A DNA stretch of 64,000 bases from Leptolyngbyaceae cyanobacterium (GTDB lineage: Bacteria; Cyanobacteriota; Cyanobacteriia; Phormidesmidales; Phormidesmidaceae). Location: assembly GCA_965263355.1 (NCBI GenBank), contig CBDHHL010000056.1:2112001-2176000 (forward strand), read 5' to 3'. Of the stretch, positions 41,761 through 51,637 are shown in pieces. How positions within the stretch are numbered: the first letter of the stretch is position 1; each line of letters starts with the position of its first letter. The position numbers and the translations under genes were made by a program. The notes below the pieces were generated by a model that worked only from the letters and a program-made list of their open reading frames with translations, searched no databases and had not been told where the DNA came from.

Positions 41761-41923
41761 CCCTTCACAGTTAAGCCAAATTGCATGTATCCGTAATAAT
41801 CCTTAATCAGAGATTCACCCTTTAGTTAAGCATTCGTAATTTCCCTGAATGCTATCAGGAGAGATTTGGCATGCCATGAAAGTTTAGGTGGTTCCATAGA
41901 GCATAGGTTGTACAACAACTGTT

Positions 41924-42030
41924 ATACGAAATCCTGCTTAGCAACATCCGGTAGCGCTGGACTGGCAAAAGGCATAGCTCCTAAGAGTTCACATTGTTTG
42001 ACTCGGGGTTACTAAAATCGGATTTGGTAT
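41924..42030. mobile_element. 107-bp MITE/REPIN-like element, copy 2
   Basis: ATACGAAATCCTGCTT...TCGGATTTGGTAT; reverse-complement homolog of 13630-13736 with the same length. Confidence 0.7.
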
Positions 42031-42367
42031 TAGGCAGCCTCACAAGGCTGTGGCAAAACATCTCGACAATCTTCTGCGCTAGGAACTGTCAACAACACAC
42101 CTACGTCCATCCACGTAAGTACATATGCAGGATGTTTTACAAACAAGTTCTCTTGAAATATGAGTTCAAAACTTTGCTATCTAAAGCAAAGTCTTCAGTA
42201 AAAAATCTGCATATCAACTACATCCAAATCGCCCTAAGTCTCTTGGGAAAAAGCATCGGGTAAATTTAGGGCAAAGGGATAACAGACTACTTATGCATCA
42301 CCTATCGCTAATCTCGAACACTCATTTACTACTGTTCACTTAATTATTAAGAAGACACGAAATCACT

Positions 42368-44395
42368 ATGGCCGCAGCTATCAATAGAATTTCCCTACGC
42401 GACGGTGATCCAACCGGAGGGTTAGAATTCCGCGTTATTTTTACTGAATCAGTTGACATCAGTTCAATTGCTATCGATGACTTTGTCGTGGTTGGGGGCA
42501 GTTCCGCAGAAGTAACTAGCGTTCAACCGATTGGCAGCGAAACTAACCGGATTGATGTTCGAGTTTCCGGTGATGAAGACCTTAATGGCTTTACCGGTGA
42601 TGTTGGCATTTTTCTCTCTGATACTGTCACCATTACAACAATATCTGACGGTCAAAATATTGAAGATGTTTTACCGAAATCACAGAATTTCGGAGTAGTC
42701 CGTTTAGTAAATGGTGTTCCAACTGTAGATAGTCCTACAACCGTAGATCCTGCAACAATTGTAGATATTACGGCTGATAACGGCGATGACGACAACGGCG
42801 GCGATGACAACGGTGGTGATGACAACGGTGGCGATGACAACGGCGGCGATGACAACGGTGGTGATGACAACGGCGGCGATGACAACGGTGGCGATGACAA
42901 CGGTGGCGATGACAACGGCGGCGATGACAACGGTGGCGACGACAATGGTGATATAGCGTCAACCGGTAATCCATCTGACTCTCTGGAGCTAGATAGAATC
43001 ACCCTACGTGGCGAAGAAGACACCAGTGACGACGTTTTACAGTTTAGGGTCGTTTTTAACGAGGCAGCTCAAAATGTCAGTATAGAAGACTGGAATGTCA
43101 CCGGTGATAGTACTGCGACAGTCACTAATGTTTTCAAAGTTAATGATGGTGGCGATGCCCTGTATGACATTACAGTTTCCGGTGGTGATTTAGCAGACTT
43201 TAATGGCATCGTCGGTATTGAATTAGCTGAAGAGCAAAATATTGTTGATGCTAATGGCGACGAACTGCCAACTGAACCACCTACTGGCAAAAATTTGACT
43301 TATAACGTCGCCAATGAGACTGATGACGATGATGACGACAATGACGATGATGACGACAATGGCGGTGATGATGACAATGGCGGTGATGATGACAATGGCG
43401 GTGATGACGACAATGGCGGTGGCGACAACAATGGCGGTGATGATGACAATGGCGGTAACGATAACGGCGGCGGTGACGATTCCGGCAGTGGCGGTGAGAA
43501 CATTCCTCTCGAACTAACTGCCCAAGGGGAGATTCTTGAAGTCGCAGGGCTTGACAGTAATGAATCCTTAATTCTCGGTATTGTCACCTCGAATGTTTCC
43601 AGCGTCGGTGATGTCAGGCTTTATCAAACTGATGCAACTGGCACTGAACGCACTCTTATTTCAGTATTTTCTGTGCTCGAAGACGGTGTTTTAGGGTCAA
43701 ATTATGCACCTAGTTTCACTCTCACAGGAGATGACTTTGACGCTGACTTCGCAGACGGCTCTGCTGAAAGTGATTTTCTACAAATCGAAATTGTCGAAAA
43801 AGGTCTTGTTAGTCTAGCCAGCTTTAGCACCAATAGTGAAACAGAAGTCTCTGCAGATTTTGGTGATGGTAGCCAATTGCAGGTCAACTTAACCGATGAA
43901 CCGCCTGTAACTGACCTCCTGTTGGGTAATGCCAGGACTATTGACTTAACTGACCTAGAAGGCACCTCAGAGGTTACATTTACAGTCTATCGTGAAGCCG
44001 CGCTAGACAATATTGTGGGCTTCTACGTCACAGACACCGCAGATGGCGGCATCATTGTTGATGACATCACGGGTGAAATATTGCGTCCTGGTGATGCTGG
44101 TTATGAGGATGCTGCATTGGCAAACCAATTGAATATTGAACTCACAGGTGAAAATGGTGAAGAAATCACCGTTGATGCCACCATTAACAACGGTGTATTT
44201 CTGGGCACGTTCGTTCAAATCGATGCTGCTGCTGGTGACATCTGGTTCAGCCACCAAGGTGCCAATAGCGATGGTGTTAATCATTTTCGCCAGGTGGGTA
44301 CTAATGCCTTTGGTATTGAAGACCTTGCAGGTGGTGGCGACCAAGACTATAACGATATGGTTATATCGTTTGAGATTACTGCTGTCAATGCTTAA
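42368..44395 (+). CDS. very acidic surface/exported protein: two Ig-like repeats, Gly/Asp/Asn tracts and a C-terminal DUF4114-like domain
   Basis: Duplicated FRVxFxE...VSG.DL..FxGxVG domain; C-terminal FGIEDLAGGGDQDYNDMV. Confidence 0.8.
   Translation: MAAAINRISLRDGDPTGGLEFRVIFTESVDISSIAIDDFVVVGGSSAEVTSVQPIGSETNRIDVRVSGDEDLNGFTGDVGIFLSDTVTITTISDGQNIEDVLPKSQNFGVVRLVNGVPTVDSPTTVDPATIVDITADNGDDDNGGDDNGGDDNGGDDNGGDDNGGDDNGGDDNGGDDNGGDDNGGDDNGGDDNGDIASTGNPSDSLELDRITLRGEEDTSDDVLQFRVVFNEAAQNVSIEDWNVTGDSTATVTNVFKVNDGGDALYDITVSGGDLADFNGIVGIELAEEQNIVDANGDELPTEPPTGKNLTYNVANETDDDDDDNDDDDDNGGDDDNGGDDDNGGDDDNGGGDNNGGDDDNGGNDNGGGDDSGSGGENIPLELTAQGEILEVAGLDSNESLILGIVTSNVSSVGDVRLYQTDATGTERTLISVFSVLEDGVLGSNYAPSFTLTGDDFDADFADGSAESDFLQIEIVEKGLVSLASFSTNSETEVSADFGDGSQLQVNLTDEPPVTDLLLGNARTIDLTDLEGTSEVTFTVYREAALDNIVGFYVTDTADGGIIVDDITGEILRPGDAGYEDAALANQLNIELTGENGEEITVDATINNGVFLGTFVQIDAAAGDIWFSHQGANSDGVNHFRQVGTNAFGIEDLAGGGDQDYNDMVISFEITAVNA
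42797..42946 (+). repeat. 15-bp tandem repeat x10 encoding (GGDDN)10
   Basis: GGyGGyGAyGACAAy units counted directly. Confidence 0.95.
43321..43480 (+). repeat. poly-Asp tract and 18-bp tandem repeat encoding (GGDDDN)n
   Basis: GGCGGTGATGATGACAAT units and variants. Confidence 0.9.
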
Positions 44396-44572
44396 GTCAG
44401 CGATTTCCTTAAGTCAGCAACCCTCATTCCTTTAATCAATATAGTTATGGACCGATGGATATATCCATCGGTCTTTTTTACTTGCCTCCACCCCCAGGTA
44501 CCCTTAACGGTACTATGGTCAATCTCAAGGACACGATAAACTGAGGCAGAATAATCTTCATCCTTCTGTCCA

Positions 44573-46048
44573 ATGCGACTAGACATTAGGGAACTAAATT
44601 TAGGATCCGATTCCGCTGAGCGCGACATCAATCTCGGGCTGGCAGACTATTTTTACCCCAACGTTACCTATCAAAAGTTTCTTAGCGGTCGCAAGACTAT
44701 CTTGGTAGGCAATCGGGGTACTGGCAAAAGCGCCATCTTCAAATATATTGCTACCATCGAAACCCGCAAGGGGAATCTAGTCCTAGAGCTATCTCCAGAG
44801 GAATACTCCTACGAACTACTGTCAGATCACCTGACCAGCGAACAGGATGGCTTTTGGCGTAAGCAAAGTGCCTACTCTGTGGCTTGGCAATATCTGCTAT
44901 ATACGCTGGTGTTTAAAAAGATTGCACAAACTAAACGCGGTCTGCTGCTAGGTGCTACCAAGAATATCTATGACTATGTTGCCAAGCAAAATTTATTTCA
45001 ACAAACCAGCTCTATTATTACGCTCGTCGATTATCTCAAACGGATTGAACAGGTAAAAACTGGTGTCAGCACAGGCGGTCTTCGCAGCCAAGAACTACAG
45101 GCACTCTACAGCCTAGATGAAATCAAAACCCTATTACCCAGCCTACAAACTGTCCTGCAAAATACCAAGATTAAAATCTTGATAGATGAGCTAGATAAGG
45201 GCTGGGACAATTCAGAAGATGCCAAATTTTTTATTGCTGGACTGTTCCAGGCAACTCAAAAACTCAATCTTATCAGCCCTAATTTAAGGGTGTACATTTC
45301 GATTCGCCAGGAGCTATTCGATAACATCCCCCAAATTTACGAAGATGCCCAGAAAATTCGCGAAGATGTAGAAGTGATCCGCTGGGGTAGAAATGAGCTG
45401 CTCGAACTGATTGGGCGGCGTATCGTTCATTCGTTTCCCCAAGCCGCCAGACTCGATGCCCACAAGCTCTGGCAATCAATTTTTGTCAGCCAGATGCAGG
45501 CTACCAATATCGAAACATTAGACTACATTATTGACCGTACCCAGCTGCGCCCTCGTGAACTGCTGCAGTTTTGTAAGCTATGCGCCGAAAGAATTGAGTA
45601 TTCTTTGGCAGGTCGGAGGATTGATGCGGTTGCGATCGCAGCTGCCGAAGAATCTTACTCTGAACAAAAGACCCGTGATCTTGCCTCAGAATACCGATTT
45701 CAATATCCCCATCTACTCGATGTATTTGAAATCTTTCGAGGTAAACGTAGCCACTACGACAAAGAAGAACTCGATTATCTACTTTTAGCCATCGTCTGCG
45801 GCGAATTTGACGTTGAACAGGCATCCAGCTGGATCCTTAATATGGACTATCTCGAACTCAAGCAAATCCTATGGAAAATTGGCTTTCTCAAAGCTTGGGT
45901 CCCTCGCCATACGAACCGTCGTACCAGCTTAGCTGGAGCTTACCTGGGTCACTACGAACTCCCCACTATTAACCTGGAAAATATTGAACAATTTCGGATT
46001 CATCCAGCCTGCACAAGTTTTTTACATTTAAAAGAGACCTTACCCTAA
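44573..46048 (+). CDS. P-loop ATPase, Sll1717/FunZ-like family
   Basis: LGSDSAERD N-terminus, GNRGTGKS Walker A, ILIDELDKGW Walker B, RTQLRPRELL and IHPA end. Confidence 0.75.
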   Translation: MRLDIRELNLGSDSAERDINLGLADYFYPNVTYQKFLSGRKTILVGNRGTGKSAIFKYIATIETRKGNLVLELSPEEYSYELLSDHLTSEQDGFWRKQSAYSVAWQYLLYTLVFKKIAQTKRGLLLGATKNIYDYVAKQNLFQQTSSIITLVDYLKRIEQVKTGVSTGGLRSQELQALYSLDEIKTLLPSLQTVLQNTKIKILIDELDKGWDNSEDAKFFIAGLFQATQKLNLISPNLRVYISIRQELFDNIPQIYEDAQKIREDVEVIRWGRNELLELIGRRIVHSFPQAARLDAHKLWQSIFVSQMQATNIETLDYIIDRTQLRPRELLQFCKLCAERIEYSLAGRRIDAVAIAAAEESYSEQKTRDLASEYRFQYPHLLDVFEIFRGKRSHYDKEELDYLLLAIVCGEFDVEQASSWILNMDYLELKQILWKIGFLKAWVPRHTNRRTSLAGAYLGHYELPTINLENIEQFRIHPACTSFLHLKETLP

Positions 46049-46077
46049 GGCTTCGTCAAACCTGTACAATCCCCCTT

Positions 46078-46818
46078 ATGAAATGGAGAGCCACCCGACC
46101 CGTCCACCCAATTGAACACTGGATGCAATCAGTGCCCACATGGCTGGTGGCAACCTTAGCCGTTATCACCTTGCTGGCAATTAAAATCGTGGCAGCCGTC
46201 CCAGAAATTCAGGATGCACTGCCTTTCAACATCCCAGACCATCACTGGAGCATGATCCTCACCTTACTGAGTGATGTTGAGTCCATTGCCGCCGTTATCG
46301 CCGTTATTTTGTATATCAAAGGTGCGCCCGAACGACGCGTCCAACGTCATTATGAAGCCTGGCAAGTTGTTGATATGGCAGCCTCGGCAAAAATGGGGGT
46401 GAGCTATGCCAGGTATCAGGCTTTAGAAGACCTACATAGGGATGGACTCTCCCTCCAAGGCTTAGAAGCAGCTAATGCAAACTTAGCTGAAATCGAACTG
46501 CCCCAAGCAGATTTAAGCTACTGCAACCTGAGAATGGCCAACCTACGTAAGGCTAATCTTAGGGGTGCCAATCTTCAGGGTGCTGACCTCCGGGCTGCCG
46601 ATTTACAACATGCCAATCTGAGGGGAGCTAATCTACAGGGCAGCAATCTTCAAGGCGCTAACTTACGCAATGCTGAACTATGGGAAGCGCAACTCTGGGA
46701 TGCAGACCTGAGCGAAGCAGAGCTTTGGTGGGCTGAGTTACACATTGAGGAGTTGGAAGGAGCACGACTTTGCCACACCATCATGCCCAACGGTCAACAA
46801 TTCGATCGAGATTGTTAA
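46078..46818 (+). CDS. membrane-anchored pentapeptide repeat protein
   Basis: Two TM helices, HYEAWQVV linker and A(N/D)LxG repeats. Confidence 0.85.
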   Translation: MKWRATRPVHPIEHWMQSVPTWLVATLAVITLLAIKIVAAVPEIQDALPFNIPDHHWSMILTLLSDVESIAAVIAVILYIKGAPERRVQRHYEAWQVVDMAASAKMGVSYARYQALEDLHRDGLSLQGLEAANANLAEIELPQADLSYCNLRMANLRKANLRGANLQGADLRAADLQHANLRGANLQGSNLQGANLRNAELWEAQLWDADLSEAELWWAELHIEELEGARLCHTIMPNGQQFDRDC

Positions 46819-46826
46819 CCTCAAAG

Positions 46827-46920
46827 TTTTCCACAGGCGCTGTCAAGCCCCTTACTCATGGTCAAAACCTGTGGAAAACTCCTTGCAAAATGTGGAAAAC
46901 CTGAGAAAACATCTGGAAAC
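46827..46920. promoter_or_regulatory. cluster of cyanobacterial-type DnaA boxes
   Basis: TTTTCCACA at 46827, TGTGGAAAA at 46870 and 46891, degenerate boxes near 46902 and 46912. Confidence 0.55.
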
Positions 46921-47087
46921 GTTTCTTTCGTTATCAAAATGGATTTGTAAAAATTTTAGATAAAGATGGGGTCACCCTCAGTGGCATTAAACAACTAACT
47001 ATGGTCAAAATTACTTAGATATATAAATATCTGATTACAGAGAAACAGATCTCTGTAGACTGCATCCCTAGATGAGCAAAGGGACCT

Positions 47088-48026
47088 ATGGCCGATGGAT
47101 GGGGAGATACCCCAATCGCAATTTCAACAGAATTAGTCCTGCCCAGGCAGTATGGTCCAGCTAACCAATTAAATAGAGCTGGAGCGAAGCTTCGGGGTAC
47201 AAATCTGAGCAATCACAACCTGGAACGGGCGGATTTTACAGGAGCCGATTTAAGCGGCGCAAACTTAGAAAACACAAGGCTAATTGATGCCCAAATGGTT
47301 AACGTTAATCTAAGTGGGGCCAGCTTAACCCATGCTAACTTAACCGCTGCTAGTCTCAGACGAGCGAACTTACTCGGCGCAGTGTTAATGGCAGCTAACC
47401 TTGAACAAGCAACACTATCGCAAGCCAAGCTAGCAGGTGCGAATCTTACTGAGGCTGACCTTGACAATGCAAATTTGGCTGAAGCCGATTTAAGTTACAG
47501 TCTGTTACGACGGGCCAGCTTGGTAGAGGCAAATCTAAGCCGGACACGGATGGATCACGCAAACGCAAATGGCGCTGAACTCTATGGCATTAATGGTAGC
47601 TTTGCACAGCTAAACAAAGCTCAGCTCCAGAGATGTGACCTCCGACAAGCTAATTTGACCCAGGCAGACTTCACCCAGGCTAATCTAACTCAGGCTAATC
47701 TCAATCAAGCTATCCTTACTGGGGTTAAAGGGACAGCCGCAATCCTAACGGCAGTGAATCTAGCGTGGACAACGCTAGACTATGCTCACTTCACTGCCGC
47801 CAAGCTACAGCAGGCGATTATGACTAATGCAACCTTAATAGAAACCGAGCTTTCAGGGGCTGATTTGTACCATGCAAAATTAGACAATGCTACGTTCAAA
47901 GGCTGCCATCTTCATAGCATTGATTGGCAAACGGTTTCTGTTAAAGGTACTCACTTCTATCACCCCCTTGGCTTGCTACAACAGGAAAAAGCTTGGCTGC
48001 GCTCTCAAGGTGCCACCCTCACCTAA
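47088..48026 (+). CDS. pentapeptide repeat protein
   Basis: Nearly continuous A(N/D)Lxx repeats. Confidence 0.88.
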   Translation: MADGWGDTPIAISTELVLPRQYGPANQLNRAGAKLRGTNLSNHNLERADFTGADLSGANLENTRLIDAQMVNVNLSGASLTHANLTAASLRRANLLGAVLMAANLEQATLSQAKLAGANLTEADLDNANLAEADLSYSLLRRASLVEANLSRTRMDHANANGAELYGINGSFAQLNKAQLQRCDLRQANLTQADFTQANLTQANLNQAILTGVKGTAAILTAVNLAWTTLDYAHFTAAKLQQAIMTNATLIETELSGADLYHAKLDNATFKGCHLHSIDWQTVSVKGTHFYHPLGLLQQEKAWLRSQGATLT

Positions 48027-48739
48027 GCCCTAAGTTTCTCCATAGCCCAAATCCGATAAACCGTTCCTCGCACTGTTGGATGATCTGGCTGTTCCAGGGT
48101 CATTGGCATTGACTCAAATTCAAACCCTTGAGCCATAAGTGCCCTTTGAAATTCTCCCCTATGCGCTCGATCCGGATCAGACAACCAACATTCACCTTTA
48201 ACTGCCAATACTGACGCCATTAGCCGTATCAACGGCTGAATATTACGTACCTCGTAAATCACATCTGCCGCCAATATCAACGGTACTTGCAGCCCCACAG
48301 GTGGAAATCGCCAATCTAACGGCAATGTACGAAACTGCTCAAAACCATTGAGCTTAGCATTTTGGGCAGCAAAACTTAACGCAGCAACATCATAATCACT
48401 AAATACCACATCCATGCCCAAAGCTAGTGCCACTAAACCCGACAGTCCCAAGCCACAACCCACCTCCAAAACTTGCATCCCTACAGGCCAAGCTCGTTGA
48501 GCAATTGCTTGTCCTAGCATGATTGCCGATGGCCACAGTTCTGCCCAATAAGGCATATATTCATCCTGGTCAAACGCCTCATAGGTAGCTGGATGATCTA
48601 ACAAGACATCAATACTAGTTGGTAAAACTAATCTAAATTGCTTCAACTCCCCCTCTCTGAAAGGAATCAGCACCCGTTTCTCAACCGTATCAGTCAAAGC
48701 TTCATTGGGCGTTGTATGCAAAAAGGGGTGAGCCATCAC
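48023..48739 (-). CDS. class I SAM-dependent methyltransferase (METTL21/Methyltransf_16-like)
   Basis: PYWAELWPSA, VLEVGCGLG and LAADVIYE. Confidence 0.85.
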   Translation of the reverse strand: MMAHPFLHTTPNEALTDTVEKRVLIPFREGELKQFRLVLPTSIDVLLDHPATYEAFDQDEYMPYWAELWPSAIMLGQAIAQRAWPVGMQVLEVGCGLGLSGLVALALGMDVVFSDYDVAALSFAAQNAKLNGFEQFRTLPLDWRFPPVGLQVPLILAADVIYEVRNIQPLIRLMASVLAVKGECWLSDPDRAHRGEFQRALMAQGFEFESMPMTLEQPDHPTVRGTVYRIWAMEKLRA

Positions 48740-50796
48740 GCCACAGCTTCACTCTCAACTACTTCGTCCGGTGCCACCTCAAGTCGAATAAAGTCTTGAC
48801 GTGGATTAGCGTGAACCACACGTACTTCAAAACGCTCACCCAAAGCCGGTGGCGTTTCAAATCGCATGGCTAATTCCAAGCCTAGATCTTCAATTATCAC
48901 CAAGCCCAAATTTTCATGCTCTCGCAACCACCGCAATAGCATGACCGACCAACGATGACCAGCTTCACGACGTAAGTACTCTAACGCCCAGTAGCGCTTG
49001 GTTTGGCGCTCTACGGTTACGGCCTCATAAGCAGCCGTAGATACTCCCTGAGTTAATTCAGTCATTTCCTCAGGGGAAAAGGGAAGATTCTCGCCCCTCA
49101 AATGGGCCTTTAACTGGAAATGGGCTAACAGATCCGTATAGCGACGAATGGGTGATGTTACCTGGCTGTAATAATCTAACCCCAACGTAGCATGCCGAGC
49201 TGGGCTAATCCCCATCTCACTGCGAGGCATACAGCGCCGAATAGCCGAGTCCCGTACCCATCCCGTTGGTAGTTGCAACAATTCGTTCTCAGAAGGCAAC
49301 TCAGGTTCAGGCTGACTGCGAAAAGGAATAGCCAACGCATGGGCTTCACCATAACGAGCCGCAACTTCCCCGGTTAAAATCATCATCTCAGCAACAGTTT
49401 GTCGTGACTGGGAGTTTTCCAAAACATCAATCGTGATTTCCTCGTCAATTACCTTGATCGATGACTCAGGCATATTAATAGAGATTGCTCCCTGAGATTT
49501 ACGCCACACTCGACGCTTTTTAGCAGACTCAGCAATTGCATTGAGTTCAGGTTCAGCCTTAAGCCCTAACTCCAACATCTCATCAACGTCATCATAGGTG
49601 AGTCGATAGGTTGGCTTAATCAAACTGGCCTTAATATCATATTCCTCCACAGCCCCTAACTCACTCAGCACAATACCAAAGCTAAGAGCACAGCATATTT
49701 CTCCCTGCCGCAAGCTCATAGGGCCAGTGGCCAATGCCTCAGGAAACATAGGAATCATACCTGTTGGTAGATATACCGTCGTACAGCGACGGCGAGCTTC
49801 CAAGTCAATGGCATCTCCAGGTAAAAGCCAACGAGTAGGATCCGCAATATGCACCCATATCCGCCTACGGCCATCACTAAGAGTTTCTAAACTTAAACCA
49901 TCATCGATTTCGCGAGTACTTTCATCGTCAATGGTATACACCTTGAGATAAGTCAGATCCAACCGATTAGCATCGGCATCAGGTGGCGGATTATTCATCA
50001 GATGCTGCACCATGGCACTAATCTCATCAGGAATTTGGATGGGAATTTGACTACGGCGTAGCGCTAGATTCTCATGGGGAGTCCATAAACCTAAATCCAC
50101 GAGCAGCTGAAAGGTATCTTCAGCTGATATCCCGTAATCCAGTGCCTTCAAGATCTCTTGTGCAGACGCTTTCTGAGAATAGTCCTCACTGAGAGTAGCA
50201 TAGCGCTCCAATATATCCAGCCGGGACCAATCCGTGCTTTTCCATTCTACAGAAGGCGAGGAGTCCTGTAGCGTAACATCCTCCAAGGGTTGCCCCGTAA
50301 GAATTTGCTTAGCTCGCGATAGAAAGCCCTCCCACTCAAGCTTACGAGCTATTTCACGAGCCTGCTGATGGCGCACCTCATCAACCTGCTTGATCGAGCG
50401 AGGTTCATAGCGATCGCCTTTACGCTTAAAAAAGACTTTGTCATTACTTAACAAACAGTAGGCTGCATAGCATAGAGCTGGCGACTGCTCCGAAAATAGC
50501 AGCAACGCCAAAGAAGCTGGGTCAGTCGACTCCCCAGCTTCTTGCAAAAATTCCCAGGCAACCTCTAGATTATCTGGATCAATATTAGGCTCAACCTCGG
50601 CTAAGAAATTAGCAATATCCGAAGACTGATAGCTACCACTTTCAACCGTATAAGTAATCTGACGAGGGTGCAAAACATGGGACTGACCATTACCATCAAT
50701 CACCACCCAATTTTTTTTACCTTCTGGGCGATCAGCCACCCCCAAACGGGGGGTTCCTTGAACCTTAAACTCGATCAGCGTTCCCTTTTCCACCAA
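48736..50796 (-). CDS. rnb: ribonuclease II/R family (RNB domain) exoribonuclease
   Basis: TIDDESTREIDDGLS, VHIAD and TSPIRRYTDL. Confidence 0.92.
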   Translation of the reverse strand: MVEKGTLIEFKVQGTPRLGVADRPEGKKNWVVIDGNGQSHVLHPRQITYTVESGSYQSSDIANFLAEVEPNIDPDNLEVAWEFLQEAGESTDPASLALLLFSEQSPALCYAAYCLLSNDKVFFKRKGDRYEPRSIKQVDEVRHQQAREIARKLEWEGFLSRAKQILTGQPLEDVTLQDSSPSVEWKSTDWSRLDILERYATLSEDYSQKASAQEILKALDYGISAEDTFQLLVDLGLWTPHENLALRRSQIPIQIPDEISAMVQHLMNNPPPDADANRLDLTYLKVYTIDDESTREIDDGLSLETLSDGRRRIWVHIADPTRWLLPGDAIDLEARRRCTTVYLPTGMIPMFPEALATGPMSLRQGEICCALSFGIVLSELGAVEEYDIKASLIKPTYRLTYDDVDEMLELGLKAEPELNAIAESAKKRRVWRKSQGAISINMPESSIKVIDEEITIDVLENSQSRQTVAEMMILTGEVAARYGEAHALAIPFRSQPEPELPSENELLQLPTGWVRDSAIRRCMPRSEMGISPARHATLGLDYYSQVTSPIRRYTDLLAHFQLKAHLRGENLPFSPEEMTELTQGVSTAAYEAVTVERQTKRYWALEYLRREAGHRWSVMLLRWLREHENLGLVIIEDLGLELAMRFETPPALGERFEVRVVHANPRQDFIRLEVAPDEVVESEAVA

Positions 50797-50957
50797 CCTA
50801 GATCCTTACCTATATGGCTTTATCGTTGGTTGCACAGCAACTCAGTCCGAGCATAAGCAATCTGATACGGGTAAATCAGAAAATCAGAAAACTGCTTAAT
50901 CAATGAGCCAAGAACCTTTAGCTGAACTAGAACTAAATGCCAGCTTCCAAACGACGA

Positions 50958-51173
50958 TTACCCTTCGCGGTTAACGTAAGGAAGCAAGGCTAGTATGCGA
51001 GCACGTTTGATGGCAACCGTTAAGTCTCGCTGTTGCTTAGCAGTCAACCCAGTGATGCGACGAGGCAAAATCTTGCCGCGCTCAGTAATAAACTTACGCA
51101 ACAGATCAACGTCCTTGTAGTCAATTTTTTCTTCAGGCTTAATCGGTGATACCCGACGGCGAAAATAGGCCAT
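50958..51173 (-). CDS. rpsR: 30S ribosomal protein S18
   Basis: [26 protein letters not shown]. Confidence 0.98.
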   Translation of the reverse strand: MAYFRRRVSPIKPEEKIDYKDVDLLRKFITERGKILPRRITGLTAKQQRDLTVAIKRARILALLPYVNREG

Positions 51174-51180
51174 GGTGTCT

Positions 51181-51369
51181 TTACTTAATCTCTTTGTGGA
51201 CAGTATGAGTATTGCAATGGGTGCAGAACTTTTTCAGCTCTAGTCGACCAGTCGTATTCCGACGATTCTTTTGAGTGGTATAACGGGAAACCCCTTTAGA
51301 GCGCTTATTGGGGTTGCTACGACACTCCGTACACTCCAACGTAATGATAATGCGAACGCCTTTAGCCAT
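51181..51369 (-). CDS. rpmG: 50S ribosomal protein L33
   Basis: ITLECTEC...[14 protein letters not shown]. Confidence 0.97.
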   Translation of the reverse strand: MAKGVRIIITLECTECRSNPNKRSKGVSRYTTQKNRRNTTGRLELKKFCTHCNTHTVHKEIK

Positions 51370-51466
51370 GATTGATGGTGTTAGCTAGCAACTATTGACA
51401 CAGGGAATCTATGATGTCACACCAACCTAGGCAGATGCAAGATATAAGCACATAAGTTTTGATCCT

Positions 51467-51497
51467 GTAGTTGGGTTGAGCACATGAAACCCAACAT
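51467..51497. repeat. REP-like palindrome of a different GTAG class
   Basis: GTAGTTGGGTTGAGCACATGAAACCCAAC. Confidence 0.55.
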
Positions 51498-51637
51498 AGC
51501 TCACGTGAATTTTAATGCCATAGGCTAGCTTGAACATGTAACCCCTAATGTGGCAGATATATCTAAAGCCATATTAGGGGTTATCTTTTATGTGAATTGT
51601 CCTAACAACAAACAGCGGCGTTCGACTTACACGCAAC

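Noticed and set aside
42652..43587. Antisense and alternate-frame ORFs with SSPPL, HRRC or MMT repeats
   Set aside because: Shadows of the GGDDN tandem repeats of the plus-strand gene
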